Below are positions 11,928 to 23,544 of a DNA stretch of 64,000 nt, piece by piece. The position numbers and the translations under genes were made by a program. The stretch lies in the NCBI GenBank assembly GCA_010909165.1, contig VJWM01000193.1, positions 124,001-188,000 of the forward strand, given 5' to 3'. Positions within the stretch are counted from its first letter, which is position 1. Every line of letters starts with the position of its first letter. The notes under the pieces are model-generated. The model was given only the letters and a program-made list of their open reading frames with translations, had not been told where the DNA came from and did not search any database. This stretch comes from Anthoceros angustus (lineage: Eukaryota > Plantae > Anthocerotophyta).

Positions 11928-12700
11928 TTGCAGGCAAGTGCTAGTATGGGCAACCAGGGTTCGGAGTATGGCAGGCATCTGGATGCACAGATTGGAGAAC
12001 GAGGTCTTCAGGCTGATGCGTTCATTGCCAACAGTTTGGTCAACATGTATGTGAATTGTGGCAGCTTAGATGATCCTCAGGTTTTCTTTGATGGACTTGG
12101 TCAGAAAAATGTGGTCACATGGAATGCCATCATTATTCCCAGCAGGGCATGGGGTAGGCAGCCCTTCTTATGTACTGACATGCAAGGAGAAGGCATTTTT
12201 GCACCCGACTCTGTGACGTGTGTGCCTTCTTCAAGCATGTGCAGGGGTGGGCACCCTGGCTTTAGAGAAGGGGAAACAGATTCATGGGCAAATCAGGGAG
12301 TCTGGACTTGAAGCCGATGTGGTTGTTGCCAACGCTTTGGTTAACATGTATCCAGAGTGTGACAGCGTAAAGGACGCTCATGGCATGTTTGACGGGCTTG
12401 GTGAAAAGAATGTTGTGACGTGGACCACTCTGATAGCAGGATACTCCCAGCAAGGCATGGGACAGGAAGCACTCTCTCTTTACAGAGACATGCAAGAAGA
12501 ACGTACTGTTGCACCCGAGTCTTTCAACTTTTGTCTGCCTCCTGCAGGCATGTGCAAATGTAGCAGCTTTCAATCGGGGACGCCTGCTTCATGCGCAGAT
12601 TGTGAAACATGGGCTTGAGGCAGACGAGCTTGTTGCCGTCAGTTTGATGAACATGTATGCGAAGGTGAGAAGCACAGCTGATGCATTGCAGCCTGTCCCA
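11928..12700 (+). pseudogene. Frameshifted PLS-class PPR gene relic
   Basis: PPR motifs GLQADAFIANSLVNMYVNCGSL..VFFDGLGQKNVVTWNAII and GLEADVVVANALVNMY..CDSVKDAHGMFDGLGEKNVVTWTTLIAGYSQQG are split over three frames. No E/DYW domain seen. Confidence 0.85.
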
Positions 12701-13365
12701 AAGCAAGCATCGGATGAACTGTACTGTAGACAGACCCAGATCAACTCCCCTGGAATTCAGCACAGCCGGAAAGGCAGGAGACAACCAGACACAAATGTCT
12801 GAGGCATCCCTTCCAAAGTAAAAGTAAACCGGAATAAGAAACATTCCAATAAACGAAACCGGCCACCCAGGGCCACACACTGGAGGCTTTTCTGCACCTA
12901 CCCCTGAATGATCAGGGTCCTGTAGGCTGTGTCATCTGCTAAATTGACATTGCATACACTAAAGCCTGCTGAGCAGAATGTGACCGAACGGAAGGAAAAT
13001 AACCACCTTCTTCTTGCAACTGCCATTTTGCCTTGTTTCCGTCAAGGAGACCATCACCGGAGAAATGCTGGAGCTCGCAAAGTCCTGGCTGTTGCTGTGT
13101 GAAACAAAAAATTATCCTTGTGTATTATTACAAATACGGTTCTTGAGCCACTGAGTAATCGTGAACGGAATAATATTCCATCGTGACTGCTGGGATTTTT
13201 ACAGTGTCATGGACGGAATAATTTTCCATCGGGACTGCTGGGATGTTTACAGCGTCACAGGGTGCAAAGTCCTTCTATTGACCAGTACCGAAAAACTCAC
13301 GATTTATGAGACATCATTATGGATAAATTTTATTTTTAGTGCGACATATTCAATGGAGGCACTTA

Positions 13366-13740
13366 GAGACCCCGATCGTTCTGGGCTTAAGCATATCTTA
13401 TCCTGCATATGTAGTATTGTTGTGGCTTTCGATCTAAGGATAGAAGATGGCTCAAGACAAGGGAGCTCTTTTTTTTCAGAAAAAACGAGCCTTTATAGAT
13501 TTTTCACAAATTCGGCGTGTAGGGAGCTCTTTGGGGAATGTCATTGATTGAGACCCCGTCTGTTATGGGCTTAAGCATATCTTATCCTGCATGTGTAGTG
13601 TTTTTGTGGCTTTCGATCTATCTAAGGATAGAAGATGGCTCAAGGCAAGGGAGCTCTTTTTTTTCACAAAAAAAACGGGCCTTTATAGATTTTTTACAAA
13701 TACGGCGTATAGGGAGCTCTTTGGGGAATGTCATTGATTA
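13366..13740. repeat. Tandem duplication, ~185-bp unit x2, preceded by a ~45-bp tandem pair at 13161-13260
   Basis: gagaccc...gggcttaagcatatcttatcctgcat...gggagctctttggggaatgtcattgatt is repeated. Confidence 0.9.
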
Positions 13741-14939
13741 GTGATATCTTCAAAAATTGACGGGACAAATCTCTTCAATTACTTTCGCCCTATTGGCATA
13801 CGTATATAGTGGGTCTTCTTCATAAGTTTTAAATGAAATATTCTAAGCCAGCCAATACTTTTATTGTGCCTTCCAAGGTTGCTACTAGTTCGGTGTCTAC
13901 TGGAGATGGGCTTGATAGATCACATGTTTATTCTTCCTTTGTTTAAACCTATCTAAACGTATCAATAACCTGTAGGGAAGCTGATGTATCAAAGAAGAAT
14001 CTCGTTGATTAATTAATTGAATTGGTACATTGAATTTAAGGTCTTCGAATGTTGCTGTACTAAAGCAGATCGTTTTGAGGTTTGGATTGAAGATGGGTGT
14101 GCAAGAGTGTGCAAGCGTGTCTGATCTGTTGACATATCACAATGTTGCCCAATCTTCAGTCTCCGAGTTTTGCTTTTGTTCATCTACCTTTCTCACAACT
14201 CCCAAGTGTGCCATGCTCGGCCGTCCCACCAGCTGGAACCACAATTTCTTCAAGCCGTTATATCATTTGGCGAGGTGTGTAGACAATGGATATTGAAGTT
14301 TAAGCATGAGTCCTGATCTACCTATTCTCAAACTCCCTATTCCTAACTAGACTTTACTCGTCACAACTATCTTCATGTGCGCAAGTAGGAAGCTAGAGAG
14401 GAAGAGATGTAAAATAGGCTATCTGATCCCCAATAAAAATATTTTGAGAATCAATAATAGCTCAATATGAGGAAAATCAGTCTCGACAAAGACACATGTG
14501 CTGAGTTGCTGCAGAATGAATAGACCAAGCCATGTATCCTCGGTTGTAACAAGCAATGCAGCATCAGCAATCAGTACAATAATTTCAAAGGAAAAACCTC
14601 TATCCTTACTCTTGACTCACTAAAAGTTTGATGAACCACTTGTTCGTCGTTGATTGTACTGATTCATTATGCTGGTTTGCTTGTCACTACCAAGGATATG
14701 TGCTTGTGAACACTACAATTCAGTTAGAAAATCCTCTCAAAAAAACCTGGAAAAAATATTGGAGGCGCATTTTCGCTCGAAAAAATTCCTATTTTTGGCC
14801 ATAGCTCCTTTTATGTAGAGAAACTCATCTCTAGCTAGATGCTACTATATAGCTTGGTATATTGATTCTAGAGCAACTCAACATAAATGTATTCGTCGAT
14901 ACTAGTTTTCGTTATATCACGTCATTGTTTATCCTCAAA

Positions 14940-15119
14940 TGTTGAGGAGCAAGTTACAAGGTTTACAACACAAGCCACAGTGTACAAGATGCTCTACTAT
15001 GTATAAGACAAGAGACATCTTGAACACAGCCCCAAGACCCTTATATAGAGGAGCATGCAATACTTATCGGGTATTAATCCCAATATAATACTCTACTTAA
15101 ATAATATAAAGGTACGCCA
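14940..15119 (-). mobile_element. Possible short solo LTR (180 bp)
   Basis: TG...CA termini flanked by identical 5-mers TCAAA (14935-14939 and 15120-15124). The minus strand ends ...CCTCAACA and contains ctctatataaggg (TATA-like). Confidence 0.4.
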
Positions 15120-16341
15120 TCAAACTAGTCCATATAAATAGCACTACTAAGCTATAGAGCTAAACCTAAATGGCACTTTATTAGAACATCCTCCTCCATA
15201 AACTCTACCTCTACAAAAAACCTCCTAAGATCTAAATTTATATATGTCCTATAAACAACACAAAGAAGAAGAGACTCCTATGGGACATTAAAAAACATTA
15301 AAGACAAGTTTGAACCCTACGGCATACGCCCATGACAAAACTACCTAAAAGGAACTGTCATAACCCCAACCTATGCTTAAACGTGAGATCGGCTCTAATC
15401 TATTCCGCTGTAGTTTGTATATTGAGTTTGGTCTTGAAACGATGATGATGACATAAATAAATATGCTTGGTTCTGATATGCAATATTGGATTATAGGCCA
15501 ACTTAATTCACTACTTTTATCGGACACTATAATTCTTGTCATCCTGCCAATAACCCATTACACCAAACAATCTTCTCGAGAGCATGAGTAAAGAAAAATG
15601 TGCACCATAATTTTGTCATCTTACCATAACTCATTATACCAGCCAACCTTCTTGACAGCATGAGTAAAGAAATTTTTGGAACCTGTGATTCTACTGACAT
15701 GGAGGTTGTTTTGAACCATATAGTGACTTCTATCGATGACAAACCATATTTTCCCAAGTTGAAGAAACATATTCAGCCTCGCGATCGATTATCGATAGCA
15801 TGGTAGTGAGATAGCATGGTAGTGAGCTGAAGCTTAGAGCACCAACTTAGGGTCACTTTCCATAGCGAACCCGTTTTTTTTAATCAGTTGCTCATACCAC
15901 ATATCTACGAGTGTTCATAATTTGTACAATTATGTTTCCTATCTATAAACAGATGGAAACGTTTCTTGCAAGCCATGAGAACTAGCCTTTTAAGAAACCA
16001 CTACCTTTCCTCCATGTTAAAATCGTTGAGCTATTTGGAGGAAATTTTTCAAAAGAAAAAGAATATTATATTAATAATCTTCTACCTGATAAGTAAGTAG
16101 TTTACTACGCGTTCAGCTTTGCATCTTCTGCTAGGTAGTCCCAAAACTAACTATCTATGTTTTCCCATCGAGCAGGACATCTCTCGCAAGAAAGGAAAAC
16201 TCGAGTACTGCCAGGGTCAAATCGGTAACCAGAGTCAGTTCTCAACCTCTCAAATTCCAAATGTTGACTTGCAAGACTTCACATTCAGGGAACGCCCAAT
16301 TCCCAATCACCTCCGATCCTCTGCCAGTGCTGGTGGAAGTA

Positions 16342-19105
16342 CTAGGCAAGCACTTCAGGTTCGTCGTCCTGGGCAAGGGCGTGGACGATACTAGGTCCAA
16401 ATTGTGCGAATTGCGATCCTGTTACGCACCATGTTTCCTCGAAAGTGCTCAGCTGCGTCAGAGGAGACGAGGCGTTCTGTTAGCTGTCAGAGTGTGAGCG
16501 CAGGAATGAGCGGGGATATGAAAGGGGAGGCTTCGCACTCACGTTACACAACATGTTGGCCCCGAACCACGCAGCATCCAGTCCTCGGACGGGACGCAGA
16601 ACATTCAATCCGCTGTACATGTCGCTGTGCAGGCACTTTTTCAGCTCCTTCTCTAATCTCTCTGGGAACGGAAGCGACGTTAGTAAGCACCTCTGTGTAA
16701 CGTACGTTAGCAGTGAATGTACAGATTGCAATGTAGGCACACTACAAGCCTGAGCCCGAGACATACCCGGTAGTCCAGGGAAAGAAGCTGTGCCACCGGT
16801 CATGATTATAGTCTTATACCATTCAGCGTCAGCAGCAGCATCCACCTTGTAGTCAGCGCAGCGAGACATAGTAACAGCTACCGCCTCGCCCAGACCCAGA
16901 ACTCCTCTGCAAGCTCCAACCATAGCACAACTTATACCGGGCAGGGTTGTCGACGACCGCACGGACAAAGGCGAGTCTGCAATTTTGTGACATGGCATAC
17001 ATGCAAGCTCCCAGTTCTTCCGAATGCGACCTTGGGAAAACCAATTGCAAATACACAGAGGTGCAACAAGGAAAAGCGGACGTACTGCAGGCCTCCGAGG
17101 AGAGGTTGGAACAGAATTTCAGGTGTTTGGTATCGCTCTTCCCGAAGAGTGAACTCGCCCTCAGTTCCCACGGTGCATGAAGCTGCTGTGCACTTTTTGC
17201 CTTCCTGTTCATAGTCGTGGGCTACGTAGCAAAGCATCTGCACCAATTTGAGAATATTAGAGGTGCCCTTGTTGAACAGGGGCTCTCCCAGAGTAAGAAA
17301 GTCCCAACTCCAAAGGAACCTGTTTCTTTTAATTACCTCTTTCACCTCTCGTACTGTATACATCGAGGCAAAATTGATGCCACTATTTTGCATGAGCTCT
17401 GCAAGGTGCCCTGTAAGTCGCATGGCACCTTGCCCCACAGTTTCTACTCCTACCTTCCTTAGCACTTTCCCATGGAGAACTGCAATACGACCACGGGTAA
17501 GCGAGATGACGCAAGTACTGCTAGCCATAGTTTTTTTATCATCTTGCCAGGTACCCCCTCATGGCCATGGGAGAGCTTACTGGGTGTTAGCGTCGTCACA
17601 TGGAAACCAAAGTTGACGACGATCCCTGAAGTTTGCCGTGCGGCATACAAAGCCAACACTGCCTGCAAATGCAATCGCGTTCTTGAAAGTCATCACGCCG
17701 GGCTACTTGATTTGGAGGAAACCGTTGTGAACCCAATCATAGTACCCAAGAATGTACGGCCTGGAATACCTGATTCACGGAACAGACAGCAGGCACACCC
17801 AGACTGAACAAGACAGAGAAGGTGACCTCCCTCAACTGCCTCCTGGCCGATCTAGCTTCTGCGGTGTCTGCAAGGAACCATCTCTCATTAGAAGGAAGAA
17901 TGCTGATACATGACTTAGATTGACGATCTAGGGACTATGCAGGCTGCCTATCTTACAGTCCTGATTGCAGAGAGGCTCTGACACGACAATCGGTTGAAGT
18001 GTTGCCCTTGTCTGGGCACTGCATCACATGAAACAAAAATCAGAAGTAAATCGTGTGAGACCGTGCCCGACATGGAGAGCACACAAAGTGCACACTCAGG
18101 TGCTACGATGGGGGACTGACCACTCAAAAATGGTCACAAAAAGCTGCTTCAAACGTGATGCCAAAGGGGTTTCGATGTTGCCAAATTCCTGCAATCCAGG
18201 CAACCCAGGCATCCCAAACACCACATCATTCCAAGCTGCCTTCGGAGGAAACCAACCAGTTTCCGCAGAATTTTGCAAACAAGCAACGTTTTCAGCAGAT
18301 ACCAGAAAGGTCGGGATCCGGCCGTCCGGGAGATCGCAGTTGCTCCATCCGTACTTGCAATATCCAGATCCACCTGTTTCACAACAAGCGCAAAGGTAAG
18401 ACACAAATCCCTTTCGTTCTATTTTACGCAGTGGACGCAAAGACAATTCTTTCAAGGCATGACCGGAACAGGAGCGATATTTAGCTCGTAGGGCCTTAAC
18501 TGGGAAACTTTTAGCTGTAGCAACCCAGGGCAGATTCCTAGGGTTTTACAATCAACAGAAGGAAAGTGCACAGGGGCGCTGACCATCCAAGATAACGCAC
18601 ACCGGAGCCTTCGCGCGGTCCATGTAGATTTGCCGAAATGGCAGTCCATTTCCCAGGGAAGGCCTACCAATATGCAGCGCTACAAATGTGGTCAGCCTCC
18701 ATGGCAAGCGCGCAACACTCTGGCAAACACTCACGCTGCACTGGCCAGCAATGAACTTCCATTCACTCCTAAACAGCAAATTGCAGAGCTACTGAACCAC
18801 ACAGAGCCTTACATCAGGAACTTGTCCTTCTACCTGCAAATCGTGTTAGGACCTTGGCGCAGACAAGTCTCCCCAAATATCACGTACTCCCACGTTTCCG
18901 GATCATGCGCAATGCGCAGCAAGTTTTCCCACAGAGAGTCATTCTTCGTCAGCCGCCAACAATTTCTGCAGGCCAAACCTGCCGCTACCAAGTCCTCCGC
19001 AGCTAAGCGCGAGAAGACGTTCAATAGCAGATCGGGAGGCAGCGCACATGAGAATTGTCGAGCTTGTCGCCACAGGCTCGTGGGATTCGCCTCGGACAAC
19101 TCCAT
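16342..19105 (-). CDS. ARP8: F-box-containing actin-related protein 8 (plant ARP8), multi-exon
   Basis: F-box ALPPDLLLNVFSRLAAEDLVAAGLAC, then ILDG|GSGYCKYGWS, EFGNIETP, QPIVVSEPLC, VPAVCSVNQ|AVLALYAARQTSGIVVNFGFHV, VLHGKVLRKVGVE, ERYQTPEILFQP, WYKTIIMTGGT and ERLEKEL, ending ...EPEVLA*. Motif order matches Arabidopsis ARP8. Confidence 0.93.
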
Positions 19106-20305
19106 GGACCGGCACAGCAGGCGTACGTTCAACACGACGCCTGTCACAGCCAAATAGGCGCACGGAGATCGGGCGAGCTAGCGGCTTCAACAAACGCTGT
19201 TCCCGGCAGTCGCCTCTCGCTTGTACAGCTTTTCTGGTAGAACAGAAACACGGATTCCAGCCATGGCAAGCATGAAACTCTCATGACAAATGTTTCGCGA
19301 GTGCGAAGCAAAATTCATTCTTCTAAGTCCGAAGTCCGGACTGGAAAACGAAGGGGGTGCGGCCTATCCACGTCACGGCTCACACCACGGCCTTTCCGCA
19401 GCCAAGGAAACAGGAAGTAACCGGCAGCAGAAAGCTATACTGTCACGAATGTCTCGCATTAGGTAAAGAAGGTGCGGTTCAGACTCTGTCAACGCACGCA
19501 AATCTCTGAGCAACCATGAGCAGCACCATCGATGCAAGCACCCCTTCAGACCACCAAAAACCTCACCTCCAAGTCCGTGCTAGCAAAACCAGCTTTGCAT
19601 CACGCCCTGCAATCTCGTCCGGCAGCCAAAGAACGGAGGGACAGATCTGAAAAACTCTTTCACGATCGCTTCCACTGGGCCAGCTACTTGGTTATCAACA
19701 GAGCAGGACGCAGCAGTTCCTGCCACAACGCTGTGCACCTTTGTTGACCAGTAAGTAGCAAAACGCAGCAGTAGGCAGTGGTTCGCTCCTGATTTCAAAT
19801 GCGACAAAGATGTGCATTTGGAAGACACAGCCGCGGGCTTTCGTCAAGGAGATCGAGCACTGAAAGAAGTCTCGGGATTCATGACTGTTAGTGACAGAAT
19901 CGGTTGGAAAACAGCTTTTCCAAAGGCGCTTCAGTGCAGTGGCTGAGCGTTGCAGAGGCGAGTGCGGAAAGAACAAATTGGCTGGACCGCAGCAGACTCC
20001 GAAGAAAAACGGAGCAATCCCGGGAAGACAGTGGAGGGCAGCACCTGGAAGGGTTAATTAGCCGTAAGATGAGAAAACCTCCAAATATCTGGTTCCACCG
20101 GGATAGGTGTTTGTTTCGCCCGGCTACATAGGTCATGACATGAGAGATTCTACAAGTACAAGTACCCGCCATCGAGTTCATTTACCTCGATATATATGTA
20201 TTTCAAGGAGCTCACTCGGTTTTTCTTTGGCAAACATTTGACGCGCTGGAGTAAGAGGATGTTGAGCTCAATGGCTTTAGACCTTGAAGATTAATTTTTA
20301 AGAAT

Positions 20306-21400
20306 ATGGGAAAGAAATTGAAGTATCGTGATCTGCCTAAGTATCAAGGGGAGCGTCAACAAGGCCAGAAGTACCCACCACCATTACCCCCTAAAAAACC
20401 TTGGAGAGAAAGAGATCCTGAACGAGGACCTAAAACACATTGGAAAAGGCCTCCCATTCTTGAAGAGGCTCCCAGAGAAACCATTGTACATGCCAAGTTT
20501 GATTCTCCCTTACCACCCCCCTTGCATGTTCCTCCCAAACGCAAAAGTCCTATCAAAACAAACAATACATGGTGCAAGACTTTAGATCATGTATGTGCCT
20601 CAAAATGTGATTCAGGATTTCATCCTCAAACATGTTGTGGTGGAACCAATACATTGTACAAGATCTTCAAAGCTGGTCAAAGTTTTGTGGGGGTGAGATT
20701 TCTTCATGGCTTTCCAATTTTGTGAAATTGTAAAACCGGTAGTACTAGTACTTAAGGTTTATGCCAACATATGAATAATTTTCCAGATAGCACATCCTCA
20801 AATATTAACAGGGTACAAGTCTCCTAATGCTTATGGATTTAGGCCACCCTTTCAATCGGAAACGTAAGTTTGCATACATACTATGCACTTCGCTTTGCAC
20901 ACCATGTAAAAATGAGAGTGAGAAGATTGAATTTAACATCTTCGAGTTTTAATACCAGGACAAATTCATATTTTCAAAATCAAGTTCGAAAGATAGGACA
21001 AAATGCCACAGTGTATGATAAAAAATTGGCACCTTATTACCCAAATGCAGCTCGAAATAGAGCTTCCGTTACTCTTCAATCTTTTGTAGGAGCTCGTGCT
21101 TTTGATCGGCGAAATGCTAGCTATTTGAAGTGAGTATTTCAATCTTGTAGCAAGATTCAAGATTTCATAATTTATTTTTGATATGAAAAGACTTCAAAGT
21201 TAGAAGAGACACATTGATTCATATGTTGGGTTGTTCTTTCCCAATAGACTTGTTAGTGGAAACCCGCGACATATGCGAACGCCCAAGACTATGAATCAAA
21301 CTTTCATGCACTTTGAAAAGGATCCCCCTGGAATGGCAAACCAAGGCATATTTTCAGGTACTATAACATCATTTTAAATTACCATGAAGGTGATTTTACT
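20306..21400 (+). mobile_element. AT-rich degraded coding relic, possibly transposon-derived, unclassified
   Basis: ORF 20306-20725 (Pro/Lys-rich, then a Cys/His cluster) and 20870-21133 with AT-rich codon usage unlike the neighbouring genes. Confidence 0.25.
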
Positions 21401-23544
21401 AACAATAACAAGTATACTTTAATAATTTTCTTATAGACCGTGCAAAGAGGATTCATAAGAAGATCTTCAAAGATTGACCACAATCAACTATTCAAGTCTT
21501 TGAAGAATAAAAATAAAAATACAAAAATTTTAGAAGATTGTTTTTTTTTTTTTGGTGAATTCAATGAGAAAGTTCTTCTAGGTTATACCCGAAAGTGTAG
21601 TGAACCAAACAACTAGTGGGTTTGCTACTTTGCTTTTGGAAAAGGATAAGCCAACCCCATATAATGGGGGAATAGGATGGAAACAACTTAATGTAGGTGT
21701 ATTAAAGATTTTCATGAATATGTCGCAAGTAGTTTGTAAGTACACTAGTTTGGAAGTATAGGCCTAGTTGGTCATGTGCAGAAGGTGCCCCTCAATGTTT
21801 GACCATCACTACAATCCATTCAAGAAAACAATTAGGCACACTTGGTAAACAATAATTTTTATACTTGGAGTTTATCATCATGGAAAATTGTGACCACTTC
21901 GTGTTTGTTTGTGTGAAAAATCAGTACATTAATAAAGAATATGTAAATTTTTTACTAGCTCACATATGATCTTATATATATATTGAAGAATTTATAAAAT
22001 ATTTCTGTTATGTATGCTTGTGTTTGCTAGCAGCAAACATATCCTTCGATGTCTAGAGATATTCACTCGTTTTGGATAAGAAAAAAGAGTAAAAGAAATA
22101 CAATATTTTAAATAACTAAAATAATAAAATTAAAAATTAATATTTCTATACATGTCTTGATATTGAATGCTGGCTATGCACATCATGTTTTATGGAAAGG
22201 AGATGAAGCGAAACTATACACCTAATAATTAAGTGGCGAAATAGGTATGTACGTATGTACCTGGTACGTACATGGCACATCCTTGGACCATAAGAACGGA
22301 TCAATGATTCGTATCCAAGTCCAGTCCATACATTTGGATGTACGTATGATTCGTAAAGTCGTAAAGCCGAGAGAATGTAAGAGTGGACGCTTTTTCCTGA
22401 AAAGTGCACAGCGCTGGTTAGAAAGTACCGAGTTCCAGTTTCGAGTAGTGGACTCGGAGGCGTCCCGGGACCCAGTGTCGGCAAAAGCTCTTTCAATTTC
22501 ATTCTGCCAGTCAGCTCGAGTACAACGATCCAGCGATGGAGGCCAGCCCGCCCCCGCCGATTGCACTTTGCGACTCTTACGAGGCAAAAGCGAGGGAGGC
22601 GAAGGCATTGCGCAGGCACGGCCGTGGCAGACTCTGACAAGCGCGTTGCACCGCATGCATGATCCCTTCACTGGCCTGGCCAATGGCCGCCCCGACGTAC
22701 ACTGCCGTACGGTCCATGGCAGCCTTTCGCAGACTCCCAGACTCGGACATGGCGCTTTCTGTTTTCTGCTTTTATTTTCGCTCCTGCCCGCCCCCAGCTG
22801 GTTCATGAACGAGGTGGAGTCTGCATTTAGGCGTTCACTGTTTGTCGAATTATTGTGTGTTGTGTAGTGTGTGCAGTGGAACATGCACAGTCGCCTGTTC
22901 GGAGGGCAAGGCACGTTGGTTTCGCTCGTGCGTCACAGCAATGTGGATGGATGCTGGTTCGGAATTGGGAGCTGCCATGGTTTGCACTGATTTGTGGAAG
23001 CAAGTTGTTTGTTGCTTTGAGGAATCTGTGATCACGGAAGAGTGCTGTGCGCGTAAAGCCTATTCGGGAGCTGCGATGGCCTGTTCAACTTTCCGGCCGG
23101 AGACTTCTGACAAATGAGCACTGCAAGGAGATCATCACCAAAGGGCTGGGTAGGGCAGTGTACTGTGTGGATGCTGGCTGCCTCGCGTGCTGTGTTGCGC
23201 GTCCGGACAAGAAAAGGTGAGGAAAAGACGAGTGTCCAGCTCTAGGGCTGCTGACACTTTTTGGATAACTGTGCGGGACATGGAGTCTCGACTCTTGTAG
23301 AGTAATAATCACTCATCCTGCTGCCAGCCAGCAGAGCGCTAATTCAGACTGGCTTCTTGAAAGCGCGTCTAGGTTGACGGCTTCTGCATCCGGAGACCGC
23401 GGAGGCTTGGACGTGGTCCATCGACATGATGTCTACTGTAGTGCACGACTCTTTCGCAATAGAGTATTCTCTTGGTATATACTGTGGCAGCCCGATGGCA
23501 GGAGGTCTGGAGTCTGGAGTCTGGATAATGTGCTGGCCAAGGAC

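Noticed and set aside
20048-20088. Minus-strand peptide IFGGFLILRLINPS resembles the RasGAP signature, a family absent from land plants
   Set aside because: Only ~10 residues match, the conserved continuation (A-I/V-x-x-P) is missing, no other RasGAP motifs flank it, and the + strand looks more coding here. Most likely chance.
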